64,000 nt of DNA from Alphaproteobacteria bacterium (GCA_965249135.1 OZ252220.1:1824001-1888000), one strand, 5' to 3'; counted from the first letter of the stretch, positions 29,798-41,042 are shown. Made by a program: numbers and translations. The notes: generated by a model from the letters alone, not told the origin.

Positions 29798-29826
29798 TTG
29801 ACTTGCCCCCCTCTAGCCCTTATACA
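29798..29826 (+). promoter_or_regulatory. sigma70 promoter of the rpmH operon
   Basis: TTGACT-N17-TATACA, 42 nt upstream of the rpmH GTG. Confidence 0.65.
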
Positions 29827-29868
29827 GCGGGCCCTGTAAGGACCAAGCCGCCGAACGGAGCACCACCT

Positions 29869-30003
29869 GTGAAACGCACCTATCAACCAAGCGTTCTTAT
29901 TCGCAAACGACGCCACGGTTTCCGTAGCCGAATGGCAACGGTTGGTGGGCGGCGCGTGCTGGCCAGACGTCGCGCGAAGGGCCGCAAGCGATTGTCGGCT
30001 TAA
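29869..30003 (+). CDS. rpmH: 50S ribosomal protein L34
   Basis: GTG start, (M)[23 protein letters not shown]...[12 protein letters not shown], 44 aa, GGAG SD. Confidence 0.97.
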   Translation: MKRTYQPSVLIRKRRHGFRSRMATVGGRRVLARRRAKGRKRLSA

Positions 30004-30411
30004 ATGACGCGGATGTCGGTCGGGCGCCTGCAGCACCGGGCCGATTTTCTTCGGGTCGCCGGCCGAGGTCGCAAGTGGGTTACTCCAGGATTAATTCTTC
30101 AGGTAGCACCCACGACCCCGAATGCTAACGGGGCTGAAGAAAAACACTTGCGAATCGGCTTCACGGTGAGCCGACGCGTCGGTAACGCAGTCGAACGAAA
30201 CCGGGTGCGCCGCCGTCTAAGGGCCGTCGTGCGAGAGGTGTTGGTGGCCCATGGAAAAGAAGGTTGCGACTACGTCGTCATCGGGCGACGCACATCGCTT
30301 ACCCGCCCTTATGGCGAACTTGTTCACGATTTGGAAACCGCACTCGCAGAGCTGGATTCCCTTATTGAGTTTTCGAGAACGAATGGATCCGGTGTTGGGA
30401 AGCCGCAATGA
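30004..30411 (+). CDS. rnpA: Ribonuclease P protein component
   Basis: [24 protein letters not shown] (RNR motif). Follows rpmH. Confidence 0.95.
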   Translation: MTRMSVGRLQHRADFLRVAGRGRKWVTPGLILQVAPTTPNANGAEEKHLRIGFTVSRRVGNAVERNRVRRRLRAVVREVLVAHGKEGCDYVVIGRRTSLTRPYGELVHDLETALAELDSLIEFSRTNGSGVGKPQ

Positions 30412-30677
30412 AAACGATGGGTGAACTTTTGCGTGCGGTAATCTGGCTTTACCGGTGGACGCTTTCTCCGCTGCTGCCGCCAAGTTGCCGCTACTTGCCG
30501 ACTTGTTCGGAATATGCAGGCGAGGCGATCGCACGCTTTGGCCCGTGGCGGGGCGGCTGGCTCGCACTCAAACGTCTCGGGCGGTGCCACCCTTGGGGAG
30601 GTAGTGGCTACGACCCCGTTTTGGAGCCGACCGAAAAAGAGGCTCCAGCCAGACAGGTTTCAAATCCTTCAAGTTAA
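30408..30677 (+). CDS. yidD: Membrane protein insertion efficiency factor YidD
   Basis: [23 protein letters not shown]. Confidence 0.95.
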   Translation: MKTMGELLRAVIWLYRWTLSPLLPPSCRYLPTCSEYAGEAIARFGPWRGGWLALKRLGRCHPWGGSGYDPVLEPTEKEAPARQVSNPSS

Positions 30678-30682
30678 GGCAT

Positions 30683-32440
30683 ATGGAACAACGCAATCTC
30701 ATCCTTGCCGTCGTCCTTTCGCTTGGCGTTCTCTTAAGCTTCCAGGCGTTCTACGACTATCACTACCCGCAGCCCACCGGGACGGTGGAAGGCGAAGCCA
30801 TGGCGGTCCCGGAAACGCCGACGGCGCTGACCGAGGCAAGCGATATCCCACAGCCTCAGAAGGCACAGCCTCAGAAGGAAGGTTCCGCAGAAATCGCCGA
30901 GGCAAGCGAGCAAGACCGGGCAACGGCCCTTTTCAAGGACGTTCGGATCGCCATCGATTCGTCCCGCCTCGACGGCTCCCTTCGCCTGAAGGGTGGACGG
31001 ATCGATGACATCAACCTCAAGGCCTATCGCGAGACGACGGACCCATCGAGCCCGGAAATCACCGTTTTCCATCCTTTGGGAACGGCGCATCCCTACTACG
31101 CCCAGTTCGGCTGGGTGGCGGCGGATGGGGGCGTGTCCTTGCCGGACGCCGACACCCTATGGCAGACGGCTGATACGGTTTTAACCTCGGAACGAGCGGT
31201 GACGCTTACCTGGCAGAACGGCCAAGGCCTCGAATTCACCCGCCGGATTGCACTGGACGATGCCTACCTCTTCACCGTCAAGGACAGCGTGAAGAACCTA
31301 AGCGGGAGTGAGCTTATGCTTCACGCTTACGGTCTCGTCTCCCGTACCGGCACGCCTGAGACCCTGGGCTTCTTCATCCTCCATGAGGGCCTTCTCGGGG
31401 TCTTCGACGAGACCCTTGAGGAATTGGATTACGACGATCTTGAGGATCAGAAGCCGATCAAAACGAACAGCCAAGGGGGGTGGATCGGAATCACCGACAA
31501 ATTCTGGCTCGCCGCCCTGATTCCCGATCAGGCCGCCGCGAACCACTATAACTTTAGGCGTCGGACCGTGTCCGGGCAGAGCAAGTACCAGGTCGATTTT
31601 CTGGGGCCCGGCCTAGTGCTTCCGCCAAGCGGCGAGCTTGAGACGGTCAATCACCTCTTTGTAGGCGCCAAAGAAGTCCGGTTGCTTGATGCTTACGCAA
31701 ACGATCTCAATATCCCACTCTTCGATCGTGCCGTCGATTTCGGTTGGTTCTACTTCCTGACAAAACCGATTTTCTATCTGCTCGACTATTTGAATACGCT
31801 CCTGGGAAATTTTGGGCTCGCCATCCTCGTGATGACGGTCATGATCAAGATCGTTTTCTTTCCGCTTGCCAACAAATCCTATCGTTCGATGAGCAAGATG
31901 AAGTTGCTCCAACCGAAAGTCATTGAGTTGCGTGAGCGTCTGAAGGAAGACAAACCGCGGATGAACCAGGAGCTCATGACGCTTTACAAGACGGAGAAAG
32001 TAAACCCGCTGGCTGGGTGTTTGCCGATGCTGGTTCAGCTGCCGGTCTTCTTTGCCCTTTACAAGGTGCTGTTCGTGACGATCGAGATGCGTCACGCGCC
32101 TTTCTATGGATGGGTCAAAGACCTATCGGTGCCAGACCCGACCTCGATCTTCAATCTCTTCGGGTTGCTTCCTTATACGCTGCCGGATTTTCTCCAACTT
32201 GGTATTTGGCCCATCTTCATGGGCGTTACGATGTGGGCGCAGTTCAAGCTGAACCCGCCGCCGGCGGATCCGATTCAGGCGAAAATCTTTCAATTCATGC
32301 CTCTTATCTTTACCTTTCTGCTCGCCCGGTTCCCGGCGGGACTGGTCATCTATTGGGCATGGAATAACATTCTCTCGATTGCGCAGCAGTGGTGGATCAT
32401 GCGCAGGACGGCTGCGGAGTCGAAATCCGCGACGTCCTAG
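30683..32440 (+). CDS. yidC: Membrane protein insertase YidC
   Basis: VDFGWFYFLTKP, GNFGLAI, NPLAGCLP, ELRHAPF-like motif, PAGLVIYWAWNN. Confidence 0.97.
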   Translation: MEQRNLILAVVLSLGVLLSFQAFYDYHYPQPTGTVEGEAMAVPETPTALTEASDIPQPQKAQPQKEGSAEIAEASEQDRATALFKDVRIAIDSSRLDGSLRLKGGRIDDINLKAYRETTDPSSPEITVFHPLGTAHPYYAQFGWVAADGGVSLPDADTLWQTADTVLTSERAVTLTWQNGQGLEFTRRIALDDAYLFTVKDSVKNLSGSELMLHAYGLVSRTGTPETLGFFILHEGLLGVFDETLEELDYDDLEDQKPIKTNSQGGWIGITDKFWLAALIPDQAAANHYNFRRRTVSGQSKYQVDFLGPGLVLPPSGELETVNHLFVGAKEVRLLDAYANDLNIPLFDRAVDFGWFYFLTKPIFYLLDYLNTLLGNFGLAILVMTVMIKIVFFPLANKSYRSMSKMKLLQPKVIELRERLKEDKPRMNQELMTLYKTEKVNPLAGCLPMLVQLPVFFALYKVLFVTIEMRHAPFYGWVKDLSVPDPTSIFNLFGLLPYTLPDFLQLGIWPIFMGVTMWAQFKLNPPPADPIQAKIFQFMPLIFTFLLARFPAGLVIYWAWNNILSIAQQWWIMRRTAAESKSATS

Positions 32441-32470
32441 CTGTGCGATCGGCCGATAGCGTGCAAAAAG

Positions 32471-33157
32471 ATGGCGGAAACGAAAAACGCGGCGGTGGGG
32501 AGTGACGATCCCTTAGCAAAGGAAACGGAGGCATTGGAAGCCGGCCGGCGGTTGTTCACGGGTGTTTGCGATTTTCAGGCCGGTGTCGCCGCGCTCGAAG
32601 GGCTGCCGGAATCGGATCTGCCTGAGATTGCCTTCGCCGGCCGGTCGAACGTTGGAAAATCCAGTTTATTGAACGCACTCACAGGCCGAAAGGCACTGGC
32701 GCGGACCTCGAAAACGCCGGGAAGGACGCGGCAAATCAACCTGTTCCAGTTGAATGAAAAACTTTTGCTTGTCGATTTTCCTGGCTACGGCTATGCGCGC
32801 GCCTCGAAACAGGACGTGCAACAGTGGACGGAACTCGTCGAGCTTTATCTGAAGGGAAGAACGACGCTTAAACGCGTGCTTCTGCTCGTCGATGCGCGAC
32901 ACGGGCTGAAAGAATCGGATCGCAATCTCTCGAGTCTGCTGGATGTGGCGGGCGTTTCCTATCAAATTGTGTTGACGAAGGTGGACAAGTTGGAACCTCA
33001 GCAACTCGCAACCCGACTGCACGAAACCGAGCGGGAGACACAGACTCACGGGGCGGCACACCCGGAGATCATTGTCACGAGCGCCATGACCGGAAGCGGC
33101 ATTCCGCAACTTCGCGCGCGCCTGGCCATGCTGGTGCGGGCGGATGAATTCCAATAG
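32471..33157 (+). CDS. engB: Ribosome biogenesis GTPase YihA/EngB
   Basis: [23 protein letters not shown]. Confidence 0.95.
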   Translation: MAETKNAAVGSDDPLAKETEALEAGRRLFTGVCDFQAGVAALEGLPESDLPEIAFAGRSNVGKSSLLNALTGRKALARTSKTPGRTRQINLFQLNEKLLLVDFPGYGYARASKQDVQQWTELVELYLKGRTTLKRVLLLVDARHGLKESDRNLSSLLDVAGVSYQIVLTKVDKLEPQQLATRLHETERETQTHGAAHPEIIVTSAMTGSGIPQLRARLAMLVRADEFQ

Positions 33158-33168
33158 AGTGCCGCGCC

Positions 33169-34077
33169 ATGAATAAAAAAGAATTCACGGTTGATCCCAA
33201 GTGGCTTGCCCAGGCGAAGACGCTTTCAGAGGCGCTTCCCTATATGCGGCGCTATGCCGGCGAAACGTTCGTCATCAAGTATGGCGGTCACGCGATGGGG
33301 GATGCGGCACTCGCGAAGAAATTCGCGCGCGACATCGTGCTGATCAAGCAGGTCGGTATTCACCCGATCGTCGTTCACGGTGGCGGGCCGCAGATCGGCG
33401 AAATGCTCGAACGTCTGAAGATCAAAAGCGAATTCGTGGACGGACTTCGGGTTACCAATAAGGAGACCGTCGATATCGTCGAGATGGTGCTGGCCGGGAC
33501 CATCAATAAGAAGGTCGTTTCGGCCGTGAACGCGGCAGGTGGCAAGGCGGTGGGTCTTTCGGGGAAGGACGGGCAGCTTATCCAAGCAAGGAAGCTGCAG
33601 CGGACGAAACCGGATACGGATTCGAACATTGAAAAGATCCTGGACCTGGGTTTCGTCGGCGAGCCGACGAACGTTAACCCGGACACCCTTACGTCCCTGA
33701 TCGAATCCGGGATCACTCCGATCATCGCGCCGATTGGTCTCGGGGAGAACGGGGAGACCTTCAACATCAATGCGGACACGGTGGCAGGCGCCGTGGCGGG
33801 GGCGGTGGGGGCGACGCGGCTCCTGCTGCTGACGGATGTGGTGGGGATACTCGATAAGAAAGGGGAACTCTTGCCGGAGATGACCGCGGCCACCGTCGAG
33901 GCCGCCATCCAGGATGGCACGATCCATGGCGGCATGATTCCGAAGGCAAAAACTTGCCTCGCGGCCGTGGGGAAGAAGGTGGATGCTGCCGTCATCCTTG
34001 ACGGTCGCGTGCCCCATGCCCTGCTGCTGGAGATCTTCACGGAGCATGGCGTCGGCACACTGATCCGCGACGGCTAG
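33169..34077 (+). CDS. argB: Acetylglutamate kinase
   Basis: [31 protein letters not shown]. Confidence 0.97.
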   Translation: MNKKEFTVDPKWLAQAKTLSEALPYMRRYAGETFVIKYGGHAMGDAALAKKFARDIVLIKQVGIHPIVVHGGGPQIGEMLERLKIKSEFVDGLRVTNKETVDIVEMVLAGTINKKVVSAVNAAGGKAVGLSGKDGQLIQARKLQRTKPDTDSNIEKILDLGFVGEPTNVNPDTLTSLIESGITPIIAPIGLGENGETFNINADTVAGAVAGAVGATRLLLLTDVVGILDKKGELLPEMTAATVEAAIQDGTIHGGMIPKAKTCLAAVGKKVDAAVILDGRVPHALLLEIFTEHGVGTLIRDG

Positions 34078-35723
34078 CCCGCCTCGTTTTCCTCTGCGTT
34101 GGGGCCTTCGTCCTCGGGCAAGGGCTCTGCAACCTCCGAGTCTTCTTCGGCCGGTTCGAACCCGGTCTCTGCGTCCGGCGTGTCTCCCGGCGTTGCGACA
34201 GGCTCCGGGTCTGCGATCTCCGAGCCTTCCTCGGCCGGTTCGAGCCCGGTCTCCGCGCCCGGCGTGTCTTCCGGCGTCTCTTCCCGGGCCCAATTCGGTT
34301 CCGCGAGCGCTTTGTCGGTGGGCGCCTCTTCCCGGGCCCAATCCGGTTCCGCGACCGCTTTGTCGATGGGTGTTTCTTCCGATGCCCAATCCGGATCGAC
34401 GGGTGCGGCCTTTCGCGTTTTTTCCGATGCCCAGTCCGGTTCGGCCATCGGGGTCGAGGGAATGTCCGAGGCCTCTTCCGTGGCGGTATGAAAGGAATCG
34501 AGATGCAGGCGCATCGCGTCTTCGTCCATCGGATAGGTGTCCGTCTCCGCGCTTAAGGCTTCCGTCGGCAGAATACGGGCGACGCGGGTTTGGATACGGG
34601 AGGCAAGCCGCGCACCAAGCCCGGCTTTCCAGGCAAGGGCCGCCACGGCGACGGCGTTGCCGGCGTTTAGGATGCGCTCCGAAATCCTTACCGGCATGCG
34701 GCCAAGCGCGGCAAGGGCTTCCGTGACGAAGAAGTGCTTGCCCTCGCCCAATGCTTCCGAGATGGCCTTTTCATCGAGCGCTCCCTTCGCCTGCAGGCGT
34801 TGGACCTCATCGGCGGCCTTCTCCCTTTCGTCGGCTTCCGTCGCCACCGCCTCCGATCCTTCCCGTTGAATCCGGTCGTGGAGCGCCTCCGCCACGGCCT
34901 TCGCCGTCTCGGGATCGAGGTCGCCGCGATTTTGCAGCGTTTGCAGCAGAGAGACGGCGAGGAAGTCGCTGAGTTTGTGGATGATGCGCGGCGGAAGCTT
35001 CGGACGTCGGGCCAGCGGTTCATGCCAGGGGCGAATCTCGGGCGCCTTCGCCACGATGCGGTCGAGGGTCTCTTCCCGGATATGCGCCACCGGATTCGCG
35101 AGAAGGGCAGCGATCGCCGGGATGCTTTCCGTCTCGACGATGGCGTCCGAGACGGGTTCGACAACGCCGTCACGGCGGGAGATCGCGGTGATTGATGCTT
35201 CCGCAGGGCCAGTGGCAATGATCGCAAGGAGATCAGCGTCCGTGAGGAGAGGCGAGAATTCCAAAACCGGCACCGCCACCTCGACCTCGCTGTCGCGGGC
35301 GAGTTTGCGGATCACTTCCGGCGGGGCGTGCGCCGTTGCCTTCAGTTCCTCGGCCAACATCTGACGCACGCGGGGCAGCCGGTCCTGCACGAGGACTTCG
35401 AGGGCCTCGAGCGCTAAATCGCGGACCCGGCTTTTCGCATCTTCCGGTAGATTCGGAACGAGACGGCCAATTTTCTGGGCGAGGCGATGACGCACTTCGT
35501 CGTCCGAATCGCGAGCGAGCAGAAGGTCGGCATGGGCAGGCGCCTGCTTGTTTGCGGCAATGGTTGCCCGAACTTCGACGTCATCGTCTTCCGCGAGGAA
35601 GTAGAGAATTTCCGGGCGAACGTCCTCGCGAGCCGCAAGCTTACGGCGGACGTTCGGATTCTCGTCGCGGGCGAGCACCTTCGTCTTCGCGTAGTCGACC
35701 TTGCTGCGTCGCTGGATGTTCAT
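34074..35723 (-). CDS. DUF2336-family protein with N-terminal LRV/HEAT-like repeats and acidic repeat tail
   Basis: Repeated LARD...VR..LA units, [22 protein letters not shown]...VSDAIVE...LLANP (DUF2336-like). Low-complexity C-terminus. Confidence 0.75.
   Translation of the reverse strand: MNIQRRSKVDYAKTKVLARDENPNVRRKLAAREDVRPEILYFLAEDDDVEVRATIAANKQAPAHADLLLARDSDDEVRHRLAQKIGRLVPNLPEDAKSRVRDLALEALEVLVQDRLPRVRQMLAEELKATAHAPPEVIRKLARDSEVEVAVPVLEFSPLLTDADLLAIIATGPAEASITAISRRDGVVEPVSDAIVETESIPAIAALLANPVAHIREETLDRIVAKAPEIRPWHEPLARRPKLPPRIIHKLSDFLAVSLLQTLQNRGDLDPETAKAVAEALHDRIQREGSEAVATEADEREKAADEVQRLQAKGALDEKAISEALGEGKHFFVTEALAALGRMPVRISERILNAGNAVAVAALAWKAGLGARLASRIQTRVARILPTEALSAETDTYPMDEDAMRLHLDSFHTATEEASDIPSTPMAEPDWASEKTRKAAPVDPDWASEETPIDKAVAEPDWAREEAPTDKALAEPNWAREETPEDTPGAETGLEPAEEGSEIADPEPVATPGDTPDAETGFEPAEEDSEVAEPLPEDEGPNAEENEAG
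34126..34277. repeat. Two imperfect direct repeats, 84-bp period (28 aa), in the DUF2336 tail
   Basis: ctccgag..ttc.tcggccggttcga.cccggtctc.gcg.ccggcgtgtct.ccggcgt at 34134 and 34218. Protein TP.DTP.AETG.EPAEE.SE.A. Confidence 0.9.
34278..34448. repeat. Four tandem 45-48 bp repeats encoding PxWA(S/R)E motifs
   Basis: Units begin at 34278, 34326, 34374 and 34419. The first two share ctcttcccgggcccaat.cggttccgcga.cgctttgtcg.tggg. Confidence 0.9.
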
Positions 35724-37429
35724 CCCGCCTTTTCCCCCGACGTTTTGGCAAGGACGTAGCCGCTTTTACCGCGCTGCTTTGCCTCATACATGGCGGCATC
35801 TGCGCGGCCGAGGAGCACGTTTAATTCCTCCGGATGGTCCGGGTCGAAGACGGCGATTCCGATCGAGAAGCCGAGCGGACAGTCGGCCCCGCCCGAGAAT
35901 TCGGCAGGGGCCTTCGAATCCTTCAGAATCGCGCGCGCCTTTTCTTCTGCTGCTCTGGCATTCGTGTTTTCCAGCCAAAGGGCGAACTCATCACCCCCAT
36001 GCCGGGCGACGAGGTCAACGCTGCGCGTATTGTGGAAAAGAATCTCACTGACTTTCCGAAGCGCTGCATCGCCTGCTGAATGGCCGCCACGATCGTTTGT
36101 CTGTTTGAAATTGTCGAGATCGAGATAGAAAAGCGTCGCCTTTTCGCTTCCTTTTGTGACGCGCGCAAAGCGGCGATCCAGTTTCTCGTGAAAGGCGCGC
36201 AGATTGAGAAGCCCCGTCAACTCATCGGTTGTAGATAGGCGCAGCAGGCGCTGGTGAATGGCGATTTGCTCGTTCGCGATGCCAAGCTGATCCACAACAC
36301 TTGCCAAGAGTTCCAGTTCATCCTTGCCGAAGGGCTGTGCCTTCCGCCAAAGGCTCACTGCGCCATTCCGCCGTTCGCCGTAATGGGTTGGAAAGAGCAA
36401 ACCATGGCAAGGTTTCTCGAATTCGATGGGAAAGACGCGTTCCGGATCGCGAAGGGCCGCCTCTTCGGTCGCAAAGGAGGGGGGATTTCCGAATTCGGCT
36501 CCGATCACGAATTCCGCGTCTTCCGCAACCGTCACGATCCGACAACCATCTGCATTCGCCGCACGGGTGATGGCGGCGGCGGCGCGTGCGAACATCGCGT
36601 TTGGTTCGACCTCGTCCCGGATCGTACGCACGAGAAAAAGCAGAAGGCGCTCCCTATTCTGGAAACGGGCGAGGTCCATCTGGTGCATCCGGGCCTCCGT
36701 GATGTCCCGGCAAGCCCCCCTTGCCCCCTGCCAGGCGCCTGTTTCATCGAAAAGCGGCCGCGCCGATATCGAGAGACAGGCGGCGTTCCCTCCGGCGTCC
36801 CGAAACCAAAGCTCGACCTCTTCCATTTCGCGGGTGGCGCGGAAGGGGAGACTAAATTCCGTCTCCGCCACATCGAAAAGCAGGTTCGCGGGGTCCTTGC
36901 CGAGAAGCTCGTCCGCTTCAAAGCTAAGCGCGCCCTTCGATGAGACGAAGGTAAACGCTCCGTCCGCCGCCGTCTCCCAGACGAAATCACTCGCCGTTTC
37001 GACAAGATCTTTGTACCGCTGGCGGGACTCGATCAATGCTTCCCTTAAATTGCGATCGAGCGTCACGTCGTTTGCAAAAAGAAAGACGAACCCTTCTTCC
37101 TGGAAAGGCAGGAGAAAAAGATTGAGGGCCGCGCGCGGCGCGTCCTCACCGCTCGCCGATAAGACGACTTCGACATGCTGCGCCTCGTTCGAGGCAAGGG
37201 CTTCATGGATCTTTGTGGAAAGATTCAGGCTCGATGTCTTGTCGGGCCGGGCAAGCAAGGCCGTTGCCAGCGGATTCGCATGAAGGATCCGCCCCTTGCC
37301 GTCGGCAAGGAATGCCGGATAGGGGGCTGCGGCCAGCGCGCCGCCCGTGTCGAACAACCGATCGAAACGGGCGGGTGCCGGGACGTCCTTCGGCCCGCCA
37401 AAAAACGTGGATGCAAGCGGCCCGTTCAT
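35720..37429 (-). CDS. PAS-PAS-GAF-GGDEF diguanylate cyclase
   Basis: PAS (DLVETASDFVWETAADG), GAF, TDELTGLLN, DLDNFKQTND..GH..GD, RSVD I-site five residues before GGDEF, ADAAMYEAK. Confidence 0.92.
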   Translation of the reverse strand: MNGPLASTFFGGPKDVPAPARFDRLFDTGGALAAAPYPAFLADGKGRILHANPLATALLARPDKTSSLNLSTKIHEALASNEAQHVEVVLSASGEDAPRAALNLFLLPFQEEGFVFLFANDVTLDRNLREALIESRQRYKDLVETASDFVWETAADGAFTFVSSKGALSFEADELLGKDPANLLFDVAETEFSLPFRATREMEEVELWFRDAGGNAACLSISARPLFDETGAWQGARGACRDITEARMHQMDLARFQNRERLLLFLVRTIRDEVEPNAMFARAAAAITRAANADGCRIVTVAEDAEFVIGAEFGNPPSFATEEAALRDPERVFPIEFEKPCHGLLFPTHYGERRNGAVSLWRKAQPFGKDELELLASVVDQLGIANEQIAIHQRLLRLSTTDELTGLLNLRAFHEKLDRRFARVTKGSEKATLFYLDLDNFKQTNDRGGHSAGDAALRKVSEILFHNTRSVDLVARHGGDEFALWLENTNARAAEEKARAILKDSKAPAEFSGGADCPLGFSIGIAVFDPDHPEELNVLLGRADAAMYEAKQRGKSGYVLAKTSGEKAG

Positions 37430-37497
37430 CCCACTTCGCCGTGACCTTGTTTGTTTCGGAACTGCGGTTTATTTCTAGGTGAACTCTAAGAAGGGAA

Positions 37498-37514
37498 GGT
37501 TAAGGAATGCTTCA
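37498..37514 (-). promoter_or_regulatory. Possible CtrA-like site upstream of the diguanylate cyclase
   Basis: Minus strand TGAA-N7-TTAACC, one mismatch to TTAA-N7-TTAA(C). Confidence 0.3.
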
Positions 37515-37525
37515 GGATTGGCCGT

Positions 37526-38227
37526 ATGGATCAGCCACTCTCTTTGCCTAAGCCGCCGTCTCTAAGGGAAGTCGAGACGTGGATTTTCGACTTAGACAAC
37601 ACCCTTTATCCGGCAAGCTGTGGGCTTTTTGCGCAAATCGATCGCAAGATGAAAGAGTTCATCTGCGATCTCCTTGAGGTCGAGGAAGACGAAGCGCACC
37701 GTCTGCAAAAGGACTACTTTCACCGTTACGGGACGACACTCCGCGGTCTGATGGAGCATCACGACGTGGATCCGGTCGGCTACCTCGATTACGTGCACGC
37801 CGTCGATTTCTCACCGGTGCTGGGCGACCCGGATCTGGATACGGCCTTGGGCAAACTCGGGGGGCGGAAATTCATCTTCACGAACGGGCCGATCGCCCAT
37901 GTGTCGGAGGTGCTGGCGCGGCTCGGCATCGCAGGGCATTTCGACGACGTTTTCGATATCGTGGATGCCGACTTCATTCCGAAACCGTCGCCGGAGATCT
38001 ATCGTCGGATGCTCGACGCGCATGGGATCGATCCTGCCCGGACGGCGATGATCGACGACTTGCCGAAGAACCTTGCGCCGGCAGCGGCGCTTGGCATGGT
38101 GACGGTGTGGTTGCGCTCGGAAGTGGGAGCTGCCGATTTCGGTGCGCGGGAAGCGCATATACACTACGTCGCGGACGATCTCGTCGAATGGCTGGAGGCC
38201 GCCGCCGCCGAAGGCGCGCGCGGTTGA
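37526..38227 (+). CDS. Pyrimidine 5'-nucleotidase (HAD family)
   Basis: WIFDLDNTLYP, YGTTLRGL, IFTNG, PKP, MIDD. Confidence 0.9.
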   Translation: MDQPLSLPKPPSLREVETWIFDLDNTLYPASCGLFAQIDRKMKEFICDLLEVEEDEAHRLQKDYFHRYGTTLRGLMEHHDVDPVGYLDYVHAVDFSPVLGDPDLDTALGKLGGRKFIFTNGPIAHVSEVLARLGIAGHFDDVFDIVDADFIPKPSPEIYRRMLDAHGIDPARTAMIDDLPKNLAPAAALGMVTVWLRSEVGAADFGAREAHIHYVADDLVEWLEAAAAEGARG

Positions 38228-38252
38228 CAGGGAGAAAGGGCTGGCTCATCTT
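38224..38252 (+). promoter_or_regulatory. Putative sigma70 promoter for dapD-dapE
   Basis: TTGACA-N17-CATCTT. Confidence 0.35.
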
Positions 38253-38293
38253 CGCCGCCAACTCGGGTCTTGACCTGAAGGCAAGGCAACACA

Positions 38294-39151
38294 ATGGACA
38301 CCACGACCCTCGAAAGGGAAATCATCGCCGCCTGGGAGGTGCGCGAGACGCTGACGCCTGAGACGAAGGGCGCGGCCCGGAATGCCGTCGAGACGGCACT
38401 CGCCGCGCTCGACTCCGGCGCCCTGCGCGTCGCCGAACGGGGGGAAGATGGCTGGCAGGTCAATGCATGGCTGAAGAAGGCCGTCCTGCTTTCCTTTCGC
38501 CTGTCGGACATGTCGGTGATCCTCGGCGGGCCGGAAGATATGCCAAGGGGGGCCGCCAGCTGGTTCGATAAGGTCCCTTCGAAGTTCGCCGGTTGGGATG
38601 AGAAGCGATTCCGCGAGGCCGGTTTTCGTGCCGTCCCCACCTGTGTCGTGCGGCGCTCCGCCTATATCGCGCGCGGTGTCGTGCTGATGCCGTGCTTCGT
38701 CAATGTCGGCGCCTATGTGGACGAGGGAACGATGATCGACAGCTGGGCGACGGTCGGCTCCTGTGCCCAGATCGGCAAGAACTGCCATATCTCCGGCGGG
38801 GTCGGCATCGGGGGTGTGCTGGAACCCCTTCAGGCGTCGCCGGTCATCATCGAGGACAACTGCTTTGTGGGTGCGCGCTCCGAGGTTGCCGAAGGCGTCA
38901 TCGTCGAGGAGGGCGCCGTGCTCGCGATGGGAGTCTATATCGGCGCCTCGACGAAAATCGTCGATCGCAACACCGGTGAAATTACCTATGGGCGGGTGCC
39001 GGCCTATTCCGTCGTCGTGCCGGGGACGCTTCTTGGCAAGCCGGCTGGCGATGGCGGTGTTAGCCCATCGCTTGCTTGCGCGGTCGTCGTCAAGCGTGTC
39101 GATGAACGAACGCGGGCGAAAACCTCGATCAACGAACTATTACGCGAATGA
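38294..39151 (+). CDS. dapD: Tetrahydrodipicolinate N-succinyltransferase
   Basis: [49 protein letters not shown]. Confidence 0.97.
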   Translation: MDTTTLEREIIAAWEVRETLTPETKGAARNAVETALAALDSGALRVAERGEDGWQVNAWLKKAVLLSFRLSDMSVILGGPEDMPRGAASWFDKVPSKFAGWDEKRFREAGFRAVPTCVVRRSAYIARGVVLMPCFVNVGAYVDEGTMIDSWATVGSCAQIGKNCHISGGVGIGGVLEPLQASPVIIEDNCFVGARSEVAEGVIVEEGAVLAMGVYIGASTKIVDRNTGEITYGRVPAYSVVVPGTLLGKPAGDGGVSPSLACAVVVKRVDERTRAKTSINELLRE

Positions 39152-40299
39152 CCGCTTCCATTGACGTCGTCGAACTCACCCGGGCGCTTGTCCGCTGCCC
39201 GAGCGTGACGCCAGAGGACGCAGGCGCGCTTGGCGTCCTGGAAGAGGCACTCGGCTCGCTCGGGTTTCGTTGCCGGCGGCTGCCCTTTTCGGACGAGACG
39301 GAGCGGGTCGAAAACCTCTATGCGCGCCATGGCGAGGCAGCGCCCGTCTTCTGTTTTGCTGGCCACACGGACGTCGTCCCGGTGGGGAATGCGGCGGCCT
39401 GGACGGTGGATCCCTTCGGAGCCGAAATCGTCGATGGGGTTCTCTATGGGCGCGGAGCGGTGGACATGAAAGGCGCGATCGCCGCCTTCGCAGCGGCCGC
39501 AGCGGCCTTTCTCGACGATCGGGGGGGCGCATTTCACGGGGCCATCGCGTGCCTGATTACCGGCGACGAAGAGGGCCGTTCCGTCAATGGCACCCGAAAG
39601 GCGCTCGAGCAATTGCATCGCGAGGGGGAGGGGTTCGATGCTTGTCTGGTCGGCGAGCCCACGAATCCGAAGACGCTGGGCGAGATGGTCAAGGTCGGAA
39701 GGCGGGGCTCGTTGAGCGGCACGCTCGTCGTGCACGGCGTGCAGGGCCATACGGCCTATCCCGATCTGGCCGAAAACCCGATCCCGAAGATACTGCGATT
39801 GCTGGAGGCGCTCATGAAGGAGTCCCTCGATTCGGGAACCGACCATTTCCCGCCCTCGAATCTGGAAATCACCAGCATCGATGTCGGAAACCCGGTCACG
39901 AATGTGATTCCGGGGGCGGTCGAGGCCACCTTCAACGTCCGTTTTGGTGATTCCTATACCGCGGCAAGCCTGGAGCGTTGGTTGCGGGAACGCCTGGATG
40001 CGGTGGGCCACGACTACGACCTTCGTATCGAGGTCACCGGTGAGGCCTTCCTCACGAAGCCGGAAGCGTTGACGGATCTCGTCGCCAATGCCGTTAAGAA
40101 GGTAACCGGCAAGACGCCTGAGCTCAGCACGACCGGCGGAACATCGGATGCGCGCTATTTGAAGGATGTGGCGCCAGTTATCGAGTTCGGGCTCGCCGGC
40201 TCGACGATGCACAAGGTTGACGAACGCGTCACCATCGCCGATCTTGAGGCGTTGACGGAGATCTACCGGCTAATCCTGGACAGCTACTTCGCCGAATAG
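39148..40299 (+). CDS. dapE: Succinyl-diaminopimelate desuccinylase
   Basis: [42 protein letters not shown]. Confidence 0.97.
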   Translation: MTASIDVVELTRALVRCPSVTPEDAGALGVLEEALGSLGFRCRRLPFSDETERVENLYARHGEAAPVFCFAGHTDVVPVGNAAAWTVDPFGAEIVDGVLYGRGAVDMKGAIAAFAAAAAAFLDDRGGAFHGAIACLITGDEEGRSVNGTRKALEQLHREGEGFDACLVGEPTNPKTLGEMVKVGRRGSLSGTLVVHGVQGHTAYPDLAENPIPKILRLLEALMKESLDSGTDHFPPSNLEITSIDVGNPVTNVIPGAVEATFNVRFGDSYTAASLERWLRERLDAVGHDYDLRIEVTGEAFLTKPEALTDLVANAVKKVTGKTPELSTTGGTSDARYLKDVAPVIEFGLAGSTMHKVDERVTIADLEALTEIYRLILDSYFAE

Positions 40300-41042
40300 G
40301 CTGATCCGTAACGAACGGCGACGAGGTAAAGCCCTTCCGCCGGTGCCGTAGCACCCCCCTTCGTCCGATCACGTGCCGCAAGGGCCGCCTCGACATCCGC
40401 TTTCGTCCATTTGCCTTCGCCGACCAGTTTCAGCGTGCCGACAAGGATGCGAACCTGGTTGTGAAGAAAGGAGCGTGCGCTTGCCTCCACGCAAATTTCG
40501 TCATCCATCTTGACGACGGATAATCCATCCAGGGTCTTTACGGCGCTGGCCGCCTGACAATAGGTCGAACGAAAACTCGTAAAATCATGCTTGCCGACCA
40601 GCACGGTTGCGGCTTTTGACATCGCCGTCGCATTGAGTGGTGTTCCCACGTGCCAGACACGCCCTTCCTCGAGAGCGGGAGGTGAGCGCCGGTTCAAAAT
40701 CCGGTAGCGATAGATGCGCTGCTTTGCCGAGCGGCGCGCATCGAAAGAAGGATCCGCAACCGCCGCATTCAGAACCGAGATCGGGTGTGGACGGAGGTGC
40801 GCGTTCAATCCGTCACGGACCGTCTCCGCATCGAAGGCGCGTTCAAGATCGAAATGGGCGACCTGACCGAAGGCATGAACGCCGGCGTCCGTTCGTCCCG
40901 CACCGTAAAGGGTGACTTCTTCGCCGGCGAGATGCTGGATCGCATCCTCGATCGCCTCCTGCACCGCAAAGCCGTTTGTCTGGCGTTGCCAGCCGACGAA
41001 AGGGCGGCCGTCATACTCGATCGTGAGCACAAAACGGGTCAT
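40284..41042 (-). CDS. truA: tRNA pseudouridine(38-40) synthase
   Basis: [37 protein letters not shown]. Confidence 0.97.
   Translation of the reverse strand: MTRFVLTIEYDGRPFVGWQRQTNGFAVQEAIEDAIQHLAGEEVTLYGAGRTDAGVHAFGQVAHFDLERAFDAETVRDGLNAHLRPHPISVLNAAVADPSFDARRSAKQRIYRYRILNRRSPPALEEGRVWHVGTPLNATAMSKAATVLVGKHDFTSFRSTYCQAASAVKTLDGLSVVKMDDEICVEASARSFLHNQVRILVGTLKLVGEGKWTKADVEAALAARDRTKGGATAPAEGLYLVAVRYGSAYSAK

Noticed and set aside
29679-29868. oriC upstream of rpmH
   Set aside because: No dnaA, no TTATCCACA boxes and no AT-rich unwinding element seen. Alphaproteobacterial origins are normally elsewhere.
34126-34448. Tandem repeats as a possible CRISPR array
   Set aside because: Periods are multiples of 3, in frame inside a CDS, with no unique spacers and no cas genes.
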